Shown here one piece after another: positions 33,645 through 44,435 of a stretch of DNA of 54,307 nt (positions are counted from its first letter, which is position 1; every line of letters starts with the position of its first letter). Source of the stretch: Acidobacteriota bacterium (GTDB lineage: Bacteria > Actinomycetota > Acidimicrobiia > Acidimicrobiales > CADCSY01); NCBI GenBank assembly GCA_019510095.1, contig JAEKLB010000023.1, positions 1-54,307 of the forward strand. The letters run 5' to 3'. The notes beneath the pieces are model-generated. The model made no database searches, was not told the DNA's origin, and saw only the letters and a list, made by a program, of their open reading frames with translations. Position numbers and translations under genes: made by a program.

Positions 33645-33764
33645 CGTTGGGATCATTGTGGCGAATGGGACCCGCGGCCACCATGACCACGACGGGCCGT
33701 TCCTGTCATGGTCAACGGCGGTGCCGCACATGCGGTAGCGCGACGACGGGGCACATACTTGGTC

Positions 33765-34952
33765 ATGCCCACTGCAGTCATCATCGATGCCGTCCGGACC
33801 CCCGGTGGCAAGCGGAACGGCTCGCTGTCGGGATGGCACCCGGTCGAGCTGGCCGCCGAGACGTTGAACGCGCTCGTGGCCCGCAGCGGGATCGACCCAG
33901 GGCTCGTCGACGACGTGATCATGGGATGCGTCCACCAGGCGGGCCGGCAGGCGCTCAACATCGCTCGCAACGCCGTGCTGTCAGCGGGTTGGCCCGAGGG
34001 GGTGCCGGGCACCACGATCGATCGCCAGTGCGGCTCGTCCCAGCAGGCTGCCCACTTCGCGGCCCAGGGCGTGCTGGCTGGCGCCTACGACGTGGTGGTG
34101 GCCGCCGGCATCGAGGTCATGACCACGACGCCGTTCGGCTCGAACCTGGTGCCCGGCGTCTCGCCGTTCGGGCGGACCCTCGAGGCCCGCTACGAGCCGG
34201 CCGGCGGGCTGGTGCCGCAGGGCATCTCGGCGGAGCTGATCGCCGAGCGCTGGGGCTTCAGCCGGGAGCAGCTCGACGCCTTCGGTGCCGAGTCGCAACA
34301 GCGGGCTGCCCGGGCTCGTGACGAGGGCCGCTTCGACAACGAGATCGTGCCCATGGCCGGCAAGAAGTGGGACCAGGAGAAGGGCACCTCGGTGGGCCTG
34401 GGCACCACGGTCACCGCCGACGAGGGCATCCGGCCCGACACCACGGTCGAGACCCTCGCCAACCTCAAGCCCGCCTTCCTTCCCGAGGGCAGGATCACGG
34501 CCGGCAACTCGTCGCAGATCACCGACGGTGCCTCGGCGATGCTGATCACCAGCGAGGAGACGGCGTCGAAGCTCGGCCTCCGGCCCCGCGCCCGGTTCCA
34601 CAGCTTCGCCCTCGCCGGCGATGACCCCCGCCTCATGCTCACCGCCCCCATCCCCGCCACCGAGAAGATCCTGCGGAAGGCCGGGCTCACGCTCGACCAG
34701 ATCGACCGGGTGGAGATCAACGAGGCCTTCGCCTCGGTGGTGCTGGCCTGGGCGACCGAGCACCACGCCGACATGAGCAAGGTCAATGTGAACGGCGGGG
34801 CGATCGCCCTCGGTCACCCCCTCGGGGCCACCGGCGCCAAGCTGTTCGCCACTCTGCTCAACGAGCTCGAGCGCATCGACGGCCGCTATGGCCTGGTCAC
34901 CATGTGCGAAGGCGGTGGCACGGCCAACGCCACCATCATCGAGCGGCTCTGA
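33765..34952 (+). CDS. Acetyl-CoA acyltransferase (thiolase)
   Basis: QCGSS, NEAF, GHPLGATG, MCEGGG. Confidence 0.95.
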   Translation: MPTAVIIDAVRTPGGKRNGSLSGWHPVELAAETLNALVARSGIDPGLVDDVIMGCVHQAGRQALNIARNAVLSAGWPEGVPGTTIDRQCGSSQQAAHFAAQGVLAGAYDVVVAAGIEVMTTTPFGSNLVPGVSPFGRTLEARYEPAGGLVPQGISAELIAERWGFSREQLDAFGAESQQRAARARDEGRFDNEIVPMAGKKWDQEKGTSVGLGTTVTADEGIRPDTTVETLANLKPAFLPEGRITAGNSSQITDGASAMLITSEETASKLGLRPRARFHSFALAGDDPRLMLTAPIPATEKILRKAGLTLDQIDRVEINEAFASVVLAWATEHHADMSKVNVNGGAIALGHPLGATGAKLFATLLNELERIDGRYGLVTMCEGGGTANATIIERL

Positions 34953-34965
34953 CCCCGTCTGACAC

Positions 34966-35024
34966 TTTTCCCCAGCCTGTCAACAACCCTGGGGGTAGTC
35001 ACACGCTTGTAACTCGACGGTCAC
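34966..35024. promoter_or_regulatory. Degenerate DnaA-box pair plus three GTnAC repeats with 11-bp period
   Basis: TTTTCCCCA-gcc-TGTCAACAA; GTCAC 34998, GTAAC 35009, GTCAC 35020. Confidence 0.55.
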
Positions 35025-35034
35025 CTGACGTTGG

Positions 35035-35292
35035 TCAGTCGTCGAGGCGGGCGACCAGGTCCATCTCGTCCATGCAGTGACGGGGCGGGATCGGGTCGTC
35101 GAGCGGCGAGGACTCGATCCGGAGCTCCATCCCACAGGTGGGGCACCGGTACCGGAGCCTGACCTTGCGCAGCTCCCCGGCCGGTGGGGGCTCGGGCACG
35201 GGCCGGCCGAAGCCCCGCAGGAAGGTGATGCCGATCCGCACCATCAGCCACGCCGCACCCCCGGCCAGCAGGAGCTTCAGGGCAAACCACAT
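35035..35292 (-). CDS. 85-aa membrane-anchored protein with a CxxCG...HC metal-binding motif
   Basis: MWFALKLLLAGGAAWLMVRIG...YRCPTCGMEL...PPRHCMDEM; starts 8 nt after the crgA stop. Confidence 0.75.
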   Translation of the reverse strand: MWFALKLLLAGGAAWLMVRIGITFLRGFGRPVPEPPPAGELRKVRLRYRCPTCGMELRIESSPLDDPIPPRHCMDEMDLVARLDD

Positions 35293-35300
35293 GCCGCCGC

Positions 35301-35591
35301 CTAGTGGAAGTTGGTGGCGGTGATGAAGCCGGCGGTGATGAACACCAGGCCGAGGAGGAGGTACTTGTTGTCGGCGTCGCCCGGCAGCAGGTTGAGGTAG
35401 TTGAAGACGATCGTCACCACGCCCAGCCCCAGCAGGATGAACATCAGGACGGGGACCCACGTGGGGCTGACCCGCTCCTCGCGGGGAATCGGCGGGGTGT
35501 AGCGCCCCCTCGTGTCGGGTGCGCTCGGGCGGGCGCCGGGACGCGATCCGGCCTTCGGGGTGACGCGTCCGCCTTTTCTGCGCTCGGGCAT
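35301..35591 (-). CDS. crgA: Cell division protein CrgA
   Basis: Basic N-terminus, SPTWVPVLM, two TMs; divergent from trpG/pabA as in other actinobacteria. Confidence 0.88.
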   Translation of the reverse strand: MPERRKGGRVTPKAGSRPGARPSAPDTRGRYTPPIPREERVSPTWVPVLMFILLGLGVVTIVFNYLNLLPGDADNKYLLLGLVFITAGFITATNFH

Positions 35592-35619
35592 GGTGGGAGA
35601 GGATACAAAGGGGCCGGTC

Positions 35620-36195
35620 ATGGCTCGCGTGCTCGTCGTCGACAACTACGACTCCTTCGTCTACAACCTCGTCCAGTACCTCGGTGAGCTCGGCGCTGAG
35701 CCGGTCGTGCACCGCTGCGACCAGTTCACGCTCGACGACGCCGAGGCCATGGCTCCGGATGCCATCCTCATCTCGCCCGGTCCCGGGCGGCCCGAGGACG
35801 CCGGCCTCTCGAACGACCTCATCCGCACCTACGCCGGGCGGCTGCCGATCCTCGGCGTGTGCCTCGGCCATCAGTGCATCGGCCAGGTCTTCGGTGGCGA
35901 GGTGGTGCGGGCGCCGGCCGTCATGCACGGCAAGACCTCCCAGGTGCACCACACCGGGGTGGGTGTCTTCAGCGGCCTGCCCGACCCCATCGAGGCCACC
36001 CGCTACCACTCACTGGTGGTCGACCGGGCCAGCGTCCCCGCTGCCCTCGAGATCACCGCCGAGACCGACGACGGCATCGTGATGGGCCTTCGCCATCGTG
36101 AGCACGCGGTCGAAGGGGTGCAGTTCCATCCGGAGTCGATCCTCACCGGCTCCGGCCACGACCTCCTCCGCAACTTCCTCGCCCAGGTCGCCTAG
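35620..36195 (+). CDS. Anthranilate/aminodeoxychorismate synthase component II (TrpG/PabA)
   Basis: DNYDSF, SPGPG, GVCLGHQ, QFHPES. Confidence 0.95.
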   Translation: MARVLVVDNYDSFVYNLVQYLGELGAEPVVHRCDQFTLDDAEAMAPDAILISPGPGRPEDAGLSNDLIRTYAGRLPILGVCLGHQCIGQVFGGEVVRAPAVMHGKTSQVHHTGVGVFSGLPDPIEATRYHSLVVDRASVPAALEITAETDDGIVMGLRHREHAVEGVQFHPESILTGSGHDLLRNFLAQVA

Positions 36196-36212
36196 CCCGA
36201 GCCCGATCGGTT

Positions 36213-38162
36213 TCAGCCGGTGGCGGCCGTCGTCGTCGTGGAGCTCGACCCGTTGGTACGGAAGGAACCGACGGTGATGGTGACGGTCGAGCCCTCGGCC
36301 GCCTGCGTCCCGCCCGCGGGCGACTGGTTGAGCACGACGCCGTCCTGGCCGGGGTCGCTGACCTCCTGGAAGGTCCGCTGCACGCTGTAACCGGCGGCGC
36401 GCAGCTCGGCGCCCGCTTGGATGTGGTTCTCGCCGATGACGTTGGGCACCTCGGGTGCGGGGCCGCTCGACGTGTAGATGTGGACGTTCGATCCCTTGTC
36501 GGCCGCGGTACCGGCCGGCGGATCGGTGCGAGTGACCTTGCCCTCCTCGACGGTGTTGCTGGGCTCGTCGGTCGTGCTGCTGTCGGCCACGAAGCCGGCC
36601 CGGCCGAGCTGGTTGGCCGCGTCGGTCGGGCTGAGCCCGGTCACGTCGGGTATCTGCACCTGGCCCGGTCCCTGCGACACGGTGATGCGCACGGCCGAGC
36701 CCCGCTGGGCCTGCTCACCCGGTTGCGGGCTCTGGTCGAGCACCGTGCCCGGGTCATGGGCGTCGTCGTTGACGCGGCTGATGCCGGCCTCCAACCCGGC
36801 CGCCCGCAGCGCGGCGAGTGCATCGGCCTCCGTCCGGCCGACGAGATCCGGCACCGTGACCGGTCCCTTTCCGGTGCTCACCTTCACCGTCACCGAGCTG
36901 CCCTTGCCGGCGCTGGTGTTCGGCGCCGGGTCCTGGCTGATGACCGCCCCCTCGGGGACGGTGTCGCTCGACTCGTCCTGGAAGTCCGCGTGCAAGCCGG
37001 CGTCCTTCAGCTTGATCCGGGCGTCGTTCTTGGTGAGCCCGAGCACCGACGGAACGGTGACGGTGCCACCTCCGCCCCCTCCGTCGCCGCTGAGGCTGGC
37101 GGCGATGGCGGCCGCGCCACCGGCGATCAGCAGGGCGATCAGCCCGACGACGACGTAGAACAGCGGGCTGCGCCGGGCCGGAGGCGGTGCCGTGCCGCCA
37201 CCGACGCTGGTCATGACCCGGGTGGAGTCGGCGAGGGGGATTGCCCGGGTGGCCTCGCCGGCAGCGGTGGTCCCGACGGCCTGGGTGAAGTCCTCGGCCG
37301 CCAGCACCGACTCGGCCTGCACGGGAGCACCCTCGATGAACCGGCGCAGGTCGGCGGCGAAGTCGTCGGCGCTGTCGTAGCGGTTGGCCGGGTTCTTGGC
37401 GAGGGCCCGCATCGTCACCGCCTCGAGCGGTGCGGGGATGCGGGGGTTGCGCCGCCGGGGGAGCTCGGCCTGCTCCGACACGTGCTTGTAGGCCACCGAC
37501 ACCGGGCTGTCGCCGGTGAACGGCGGCGCGCCCACCAGCAGCTCGTAGAGCACGATGCCGAGCGAGTAGACGTCGCTGCGGGGATCGACCGGCTCGCCCC
37601 TGGCCTGCTCGGGCGAGAAGTAGGTCGCGGTACCCATGACCGTGCCGGTCTGGGTGAGGTTCTCGCTGGCTGAGACGGCGCGGGCGATGCCGAAGTCGGT
37701 GACCTTGACCTGGCCCTGTGGCGCCAGCAGCACGTTGCCCGGCTTCACGTCGCGGTGGATCACACCGTTGCGATGGGCGAAGCCGAGGGCGCCGGCGATC
37801 GACTGGGTGATCTCGGCCGCCCGGGTGGGCTCGAGCGGGCCCTCGTCGCGCACGATCTGCGACAGGCTGCGCCCGTCGATGTACTCCATGACGATGAAGT
37901 AGGTGCTCCCTTCCTCACCCCAGTCGTAGACGGCGACGATGTTCGGGTGGTTGAGGTTGGCGGCGGCCTGGGCCTCACGGCGGAACCGCTCGACGAACGA
38001 GTGGTCGGTCGCGAACTCGGGGAACAGGACCTTCAGGGCGACTGGGCGGTCGAGCAGCGTGTCGCGGGCGAGGTAGACGTCGGCCATCCCACCGCGTGCG
38101 AGCCGGCGCTCGATCTCGTAGCGGCCGCCGTAGACCTCCGGTCCGGATCCCGAGTCGGTCAT
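36213..38162 (-). CDS. pknB: PASTA-domain Ser/Thr kinase
   Basis: HRDVKPGN, DFG, TM, four PASTA repeats. Confidence 0.95.
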   Translation of the reverse strand: MTDSGSGPEVYGGRYEIERRLARGGMADVYLARDTLLDRPVALKVLFPEFATDHSFVERFRREAQAAANLNHPNIVAVYDWGEEGSTYFIVMEYIDGRSLSQIVRDEGPLEPTRAAEITQSIAGALGFAHRNGVIHRDVKPGNVLLAPQGQVKVTDFGIARAVSASENLTQTGTVMGTATYFSPEQARGEPVDPRSDVYSLGIVLYELLVGAPPFTGDSPVSVAYKHVSEQAELPRRRNPRIPAPLEAVTMRALAKNPANRYDSADDFAADLRRFIEGAPVQAESVLAAEDFTQAVGTTAAGEATRAIPLADSTRVMTSVGGGTAPPPARRSPLFYVVVGLIALLIAGGAAAIAASLSGDGGGGGGTVTVPSVLGLTKNDARIKLKDAGLHADFQDESSDTVPEGAVISQDPAPNTSAGKGSSVTVKVSTGKGPVTVPDLVGRTEADALAALRAAGLEAGISRVNDDAHDPGTVLDQSPQPGEQAQRGSAVRITVSQGPGQVQIPDVTGLSPTDAANQLGRAGFVADSSTTDEPSNTVEEGKVTRTDPPAGTAADKGSNVHIYTSSGPAPEVPNVIGENHIQAGAELRAAGYSVQRTFQEVSDPGQDGVVLNQSPAGGTQAAEGSTVTITVGSFRTNGSSSTTTTAATG

Positions 38163-38178
38163 GAGGGCACCATAGGGG

Positions 38179-39642
38179 TCACTTGGTCACCGCCAGGGCC
38201 GCCTCCAGGACCGCTCGGCCGATGGGGGCGGCCACCCGCCCGCCTGTGGCCTCACTGGCACCGCGTTGGTTCTCGACGATCACCGCCACCGCGACGCGCG
38301 GGGCGTTGGCGGGGGCGAACCCCATGATCCAGGCATGCGAGCTGCCATTGCCGATCTGGGCAGTGCCGGTCTTGCCGGCTGTCGGGACGCCCGGCACGGC
38401 CAGTCGTCCCGCGGTGCCGTTGGTGACCACCCCGACCATGGCGTCGCGCAGGAGCGACGCCTCTTCGGGCGACATCGCCGTCGTCCACACCTCGGGGCGG
38501 AACCGGCGGATCACATCACCCTCGACGTCGTGCACCTCCTTCATGACATGGGGCGCCATCACCGAACCGCCGTTGGCGACCGCCGCCGCCACCAGCGCCA
38601 TCTGCAGGGGTGTCGCCCGCACGGTGGTCTGGCCGATGGCCGTGAACGCCAGCAGGGGTCGGTTGTGGGCGAAGAACCCGGCGTCGGCGATGGTCGACGC
38701 CGTGGCCTGGGGGAGGTCGAGCGGTGGTACCGAGCCGAAGCCGAAGCCATGGGCCGTCGACACCAGGGCGTCGCCGCCGATGTCGAGGCCCATCTGGCCG
38801 AACGAGGTGTTGCACGACACCCGGAGCACGTCGAACAGGGCGCCGCCGCAGCTCTCGTTGCCGAAGTTGGCGAGCGTCTCCTTGGTGTCGGGGAGGTCGA
38901 GCTCGCGCAGGTTCGGATAGACGGGCTGGGCCGGCGTCACCTTCCCGCTGGCAAGGCCGGCAGTCGCGGTGACCACCTTGAAGGTCGACCCCGGGAAGAA
39001 GGTCTCGCGGTAGCTGCGGGCGAGCAGCGGGTTGGCGGGGTTGGCGAGGAGGGCGTTCCGCCGGTCGCGTGCCGCGTTCTGGTCGAGCTGCGAGACGGTC
39101 TCGGGGTCGTACGACGGGAAGCTCCACATGGCGAGGATCGAGCCGTCGCGCGGGTCGATGGCGACGACCGAGCCCCGCCGGTTGCCGAGCGCGGCCTTGG
39201 CGACCTGTTGCACGCTCTTGCGGACGGTGAGCACCACGTCGTCGGTGGTCTCCTGGTCGCGGAGCAGGTCGACGAGGTGCTTGATCGACCGGGCCGGTCC
39301 CCGACCGGTGAGATCGGTGTTGTACGACTTCTCGACACCGTCGCTCCCGAAGGTGAAGGAGTACGAGCCGGTGATGTGCCCGAACAGGTCGTGCTCCGGG
39401 TAGAGGCGAGCGCGCCCGAAGTGGCTCCCGACGTCCTTCGAGCGGGCCAGCACGACACCGGGGTCGTCGCCGCTGATGATCTGGCCGCGCGGTCGCCCGA
39501 AGTCGCGCACCACGGCGCGCGTGTTGCGCGGGTCCTTGTTGTAGTGATCAGCGCGGAGCACCTGCACCACGTTGAGCCAGGCGAAGAGGACGCCGTAGAG
39601 CACGAGCATGGCGACGCCGAGGCGCCGGATCTGACGGTTCAC
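38179..39642 (-). CDS. pbpA: Class B penicillin-binding protein
   Basis: PGSTFK, SCN, KTGT; GTG 39642 overlaps the rodA stop. Confidence 0.93.
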   Translation of the reverse strand: MNRQIRRLGVAMLVLYGVLFAWLNVVQVLRADHYNKDPRNTRAVVRDFGRPRGQIISGDDPGVVLARSKDVGSHFGRARLYPEHDLFGHITGSYSFTFGSDGVEKSYNTDLTGRGPARSIKHLVDLLRDQETTDDVVLTVRKSVQQVAKAALGNRRGSVVAIDPRDGSILAMWSFPSYDPETVSQLDQNAARDRRNALLANPANPLLARSYRETFFPGSTFKVVTATAGLASGKVTPAQPVYPNLRELDLPDTKETLANFGNESCGGALFDVLRVSCNTSFGQMGLDIGGDALVSTAHGFGFGSVPPLDLPQATASTIADAGFFAHNRPLLAFTAIGQTTVRATPLQMALVAAAVANGGSVMAPHVMKEVHDVEGDVIRRFRPEVWTTAMSPEEASLLRDAMVGVVTNGTAGRLAVPGVPTAGKTGTAQIGNGSSHAWIMGFAPANAPRVAVAVIVENQRGASEATGGRVAAPIGRAVLEAALAVTK

Positions 39643-40949
39643 GCCGCTCGGAGTGTGGTCTCGTCGATCGCTTCGGCCGCCTCGGTCGTCATGTCGCCGC
39701 TCGACATGCGCACCAGGAGCGCTAGCAGCACGTAGTTGGCGACCAGCGACGACCCGCCGTAGGAGACGAACGGCAACGTCACGCCCGTCAGCGGCACGAG
39801 TCGGGTGACGCCACCCATGATGATGAACGCCTGCACCGCGAGGATGGTGGTGAGCCCGGTGGCGAGAAGGGTCTCGAACGGCCGCTCGGCGCGGGTGGCG
39901 ATGCGGAACCCGGCACCAGCCATGAGCAGGAAGGCCATGAGCACCGCGGCGGCGCCCAGCAGGCCGAGCTCCTCGCCGATGGCGGCGTAGATGAAGTCGG
40001 TGGTCGCCGCGGGGATGCGGCCCGGACTGCCGAGCCCGGGCCCGGTGCCGGCGATGCCACCCCACGCAAGGGCGAAGGTGGCCTGCACCACCTGGAAGCC
40101 CTTGCTGTCGGCGACCGACCAGGGGTCGAACCACACCGACACCCGGTCGGCGACGTGCTGGAAGGACGCGATGGCGAAGAGGGCGCCGGCCATGAAGAGC
40201 ACGCCGCCGACGGCGAGGTACGAGGCCCGCTCGGTGGCGACCCACAGCAGCACGATGAAGAGGGCGAAGAACAGGAGCGACGAGCCGAGGTCGCGCTCGG
40301 ACACCATCACCACCACCGAGACGCCCCACGCCAACAGCACCGGTCCGAAGTGCCGCAGCTCCGGCAGGGAGATCGGCCCGATCCGGCGGGCGGCCACTCC
40401 CAGCAGCTCGCGACGCTCGACGAGATACGACGCGAAGAAGACGCCGAGGGCGATCTTGGCGAACTCACCCGGCTGGAAGTTGAGCGGGCCGAAGCTGACC
40501 CAGATGCGGGCGCCGTTGATGGTGCGGCCCAGCACCGGCACGAGCGGGAGCAGCAGCAGCCCGATGCCGATGAGCATGAAGGTGTAGCGGTACTGCTCGA
40601 GATCCCGCACCCGCCTGACCACCGCGAGGGTGGCGACGTAGGCGCCGACGCCGACCAACGTCCAGGTGGCTTGGAGCGCGGCCAGGTCCTGGTTGATCCG
40701 GGCGATGAACACGTAGCCGATGCCGTTGAGCAGGGCGGCGAGTGGCAGGAGCGTTGGGTCGGCGTTCGGCGCCAGTCGCCGGGTGGCGACGTGGGCGGCG
40801 ACGAGCAGCGCCACGATGGCCACGAGGAAGGGCACCAGGTTGGCCGGCAGGCTGGCGGTGCGACCCAGGGTGGCCAACGTGTAGAGGCCGGCGGTGATCA
40901 CCGCGCCGAGGACGATGAGGCCGAGCTCGGTCGTGCGCCGGGCGTTCAC
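39639..40949 (-). CDS. rodA: SEDS peptidoglycan glycosyltransferase RodA
   Basis: FQPGEFAK, RDLG, TDFI..IGEELG, PLTGVTLPFVSYGGSS. Confidence 0.94.
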   Translation of the reverse strand: MNARRTTELGLIVLGAVITAGLYTLATLGRTASLPANLVPFLVAIVALLVAAHVATRRLAPNADPTLLPLAALLNGIGYVFIARINQDLAALQATWTLVGVGAYVATLAVVRRVRDLEQYRYTFMLIGIGLLLLPLVPVLGRTINGARIWVSFGPLNFQPGEFAKIALGVFFASYLVERRELLGVAARRIGPISLPELRHFGPVLLAWGVSVVVMVSERDLGSSLLFFALFIVLLWVATERASYLAVGGVLFMAGALFAIASFQHVADRVSVWFDPWSVADSKGFQVVQATFALAWGGIAGTGPGLGSPGRIPAATTDFIYAAIGEELGLLGAAAVLMAFLLMAGAGFRIATRAERPFETLLATGLTTILAVQAFIIMGGVTRLVPLTGVTLPFVSYGGSSLVANYVLLALLVRMSSGDMTTEAAEAIDETTLRAA

Positions 40950-42183
40950 GGCGTGCTGCTCGGCGTCGGCGCCGACGTCGGCGGGAGCACGGTCGTGCTC
41001 GTGGTGCCGGGCGTGGTGGTCGTGGTGGTCGTCGTCTCCTGGCGCAGCCGGTCGATGAACCGTTCGGCGGCGGCCTTGGTGGTGAACTCGTGCTGGTCCT
41101 CGACGGCCGCTCGGCGGGCCGGGGGGAGGTCGCCGAGCCGCAAGCCGGTGCGATGCTCGACGGTGGGATCGAGGAACAACACGCCGCCCGGCCGGCCCTG
41201 GAACAGCGTCACCCGGTGGCGGTCGATGCCCACGAAGTAGCCGGTGCGGGCGAACCACCACGTGCCGCCAGCGGCGCCGGCGACGATCGCCAACAGGGCG
41301 AGCACGAACAGCGCCGAGCGCCAGGTGAGGTGGCGTGTGGCCCGGCCCGCGCGCGGCCGCCGGTTCGAGGGTGCGGGTGCCGGCTCGGCGGGCTCGTCGT
41401 CGCGCACCACTCGCTCGACCGGCCGGCTCTTCGTGGTGGTGCCGGCCAGCGATGCCGACGCCGCCTCGGCCTTGCCGCCGTCGTCGACCACGTCGACGAG
41501 CACGACGGTGATGTTGTCGCGGCCACCTGCCTCGTTGGCCAGCGTCACCAGCTCGGCGGCGGCCTCGTTCGCGTCGGGCTCGCTGCGGAGCACGTGGACC
41601 ATGACGTCGTCGTCGACCATGTCGAACAGGCCGTCGCTGCACAGCAGCAGACGGTCACCGCGGAACGGGTCGAGCCAGAACTGGTCGACTTCCACGTCGG
41701 GCTCGTTGCCGAGCACGCGCGTCACGATGTTGCGCTGCGGGTGGACCTTGGCCTCTTCGGCGGTGAGGCGCCCGTCCCGCTCCATCTCCCCGACGAGGCT
41801 GTGGTCGTCGGTGAGCTGCACCAGCTCGCCGTCGCGTAACACATAGACGCGCGAGTCGCCCACGTTGGCGATGAGCAGCTGCGGCCGGCCGTCCTGCTCG
41901 ACGAGGGTGGCGGCGCACATGGTCGTGCCCATCCCCCGCAGGCTCGGGTCGTCGACTGCTCGCTCGAACACCGCCCGGTTCGCCAGCCGGACTGCCTCGG
42001 CGAGGCCCTGCCCGGCGTTGGTGCGCAGCGCGTCGATGGCGACCCGGCTGGCGACCTCGCCGGCGACGTGCCCGCCCATGCCGTCGGCCACCGCGAAGAG
42101 CCCGTCCTCGACCAGCGCCGAGTCCTCGTTGACCGAGCGCACCCGGCCGGTGTCGGTGGCAGCGCCCCACCGCAGCGAGATGG

Positions 42184-42187
<4 letters not shown>
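40946..42187 (-). CDS. pstP: PP2C Ser/Thr phosphatase
   Basis: NED, VADGMGGH, NVGDSR, CSDGL, GGRDN, TM. Confidence 0.94.
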
Positions 42188-42651
<464 letters not shown>

Positions 42652-42653
42652 GG

Positions 42654-43316
42654 TCAGCCCGCTTCGAAGCGGATCGTCGTGTCGCCGATCGTGATGCTGT
42701 CGCCGTCGGCCAGCCGCCGCTCGGTGATGCCGCTGCCGTTGACCCTGGTGCCGTTGGTCGATCCGAGGTCGACCACCAGCCAGGCCCCGTCGCCGGCCGG
42801 GCGGATCTCGGCGTGCTGGCGGCTGACGCTGGTCTCGGTCAGGCGGATGGCGGCGTTGGCGGCGCGCCCGATGGTCACGACGCTGTCGGCCAAGGTGATC
42901 CGGCTGTCATCGGGCAGCAGGAGCGTGCCGCCGGCAGTGCCGCCGGGCCCTTCCTTGAACCGGGCCGAGAGGCCGAACGAGCCCACGCCCAGGTCGGTGT
43001 CCTTTTGGAGGACCACCTCGACCGGACCCAGGAAGGTGTAGCCCTGCTCCCGGGCGTGGGTGCGGGCCTCCTCGGCGAGGGCCCGCAGCAGGCTCTCCTC
43101 GATCTCGGTGAACTGGGCGTGGTCCTCGGGGCCGAGGGTGATGGTGAACAGGTTGGGGGCGACGACGTTGCCGCCGACGTGCACCGTGCGCTGGTCGTCC
43201 ATCTCCCGGATCAGGCGCCGACCCAGCTCGACGGGCCGGAGCGACGACTTGAAGGCGCGTGCGAACACTCCTTCGACGAGGCGCTCCAAGCGGCGCTCAA
43301 ACCCCTTGAGGCCCAT
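42654..43316 (-). CDS. fhaA: FhaA (DUF3662 + FHA)
   Basis: FERRLERLVEGVFARAF, APN, C-terminal FHA. Confidence 0.92.
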   Translation of the reverse strand: MGLKGFERRLERLVEGVFARAFKSSLRPVELGRRLIREMDDQRTVHVGGNVVAPNLFTITLGPEDHAQFTEIEESLLRALAEEARTHAREQGYTFLGPVEVVLQKDTDLGVGSFGLSARFKEGPGGTAGGTLLLPDDSRITLADSVVTIGRAANAAIRLTETSVSRQHAEIRPAGDGAWLVVDLGSTNGTRVNGSGITERRLADGDSITIGDTTIRFEAG

Positions 43317-43386
43317 CGCCGGCAGACTCTACCCAGGCCCCCCTCTAGGAACGCCCTGGTCGGTTGCTACCCTTGCGGCTCCACTC

Positions 43387-43469
43387 GGGCGAGTGGCGGA
43401 ATGGCAGACGCGCTGGCTTCAGGTGCCAGTGTCCGTAAGGACGTGGGGGTTCAAGTCCCCCCTCGCCCA
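43387..43469 (+). tRNA. tRNA-Leu(CAG), CCA not encoded
   Basis: Acceptor GGGCGAG/CTCGCCC, anticodon loop TT-CAG-GT, long variable arm. Confidence 0.96.
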
Positions 43470-43520
43470 CTCGAGCTTCGTGCCGCCAGGCCGGCCCTGG
43501 CTGCTCCGTCGAGTATCCGG

Positions 43521-43549
43521 TTGCACATATATGTGCGATGGCATATGTT
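43521..43549 (+). promoter_or_regulatory. Sigma70-type promoter with overlapping ArsR operator
   Basis: TTGCAC-17nt-TATGTT; inverted repeat ATATG-N8-CATAT; leaderless GTG at 43556. Confidence 0.75.
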
Positions 43550-43555
43550 GATCGG

Positions 43556-43903
43556 GTGCCCGGAAGCCTTGCCGCGCTGGACGTGATCGCCGAGCCGACC
43601 CGTCGCCGCATCCTCGATGCGGTGCGAGGCGGCGAGCGCTCCGTCGGGGAGCTGGTGGAGGAGGTGGGCATGCACCAGCCCGGGGTGTCGCGCCACCTCA
43701 AGGTGCTGCGCGACGCCGGCCTGGTCGAGGTGCGACGCGACGCGCAGCGCCGCCTCTATCGACTGCGCCTCGAGCCGCTCATGGAGCTCGATGCGTGGCT
43801 CGAGCCCTACCGCCTCGAGTGGGCCAACCGGCTCGACTCGCTGGAGCGACACCTCCGGGACACCACCGAGCGGATCCGACCGACCGAGAAGGACTCTGGA
43901 TGA
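43556..43903 (+). CDS. ArsR/SmtB family regulator
   Basis: EPTRRRIL, QPGVSRHLKVLRDAGLV, QRRLY. Confidence 0.92.
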   Translation: MPGSLAALDVIAEPTRRRILDAVRGGERSVGELVEEVGMHQPGVSRHLKVLRDAGLVEVRRDAQRRLYRLRLEPLMELDAWLEPYRLEWANRLDSLERHLRDTTERIRPTEKDSG

Positions 43904-44433
43904 CCGAGATCGCTGCGTCCCCCGATGGCACGCTGGAGCGCACCCCCGACGGCGGGGTGATCCGCTTCGAGCGGCGGCTCCCCTATCCCGTGGAAGCGGT
44001 GTGGAGCGCCATCACCGACTCCGACCGCCTGGCGGACTGGTGGTTGCCCTTCGACGCCGACATCTCCGTCGACCTGCGCGAGGGCGGCCAGATGGTCTTC
44101 GCCGCTCGCTCCGGTGAGCCGGGGCCGATGACCTGCACGGTGCTGCGTGTCGAGCCGCCGGTGCTGTTCGAGCACACCCACTTCGTCGACGGCGTCACCC
44201 TGCGCTGGGAGCTGGAGGCGGTGCCGGAGGGCACGGTGCTCCGCTTCCACCAACACGTGCCCAACGTCGACGAGGCCGTCGAGGGGTGCTGGCTCGTCGG
44301 GATGCACACGTCGTTGTCCCGCCTCGAGCCCGCACTCGCGGGCGCGCCCGTGCCGTGGGACTGGGATGCCTTCGGCGCCGCCCGGGCCCGCTACGCCGAG
44401 GTCGGCTTGGCTGCACCCGACACGGAGGCCTGA
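43900..44433 (+). CDS. SRPBCC/AHSA1 family protein
   Basis: FERRL..PVEAVWSAIT...LADWW. Confidence 0.88.
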   Translation: MTEIAASPDGTLERTPDGGVIRFERRLPYPVEAVWSAITDSDRLADWWLPFDADISVDLREGGQMVFAARSGEPGPMTCTVLRVEPPVLFEHTHFVDGVTLRWELEAVPEGTVLRFHQHVPNVDEAVEGCWLVGMHTSLSRLEPALAGAPVPWDWDAFGAARARYAEVGLAAPDTEA

Positions 44434-44435
44434 CG

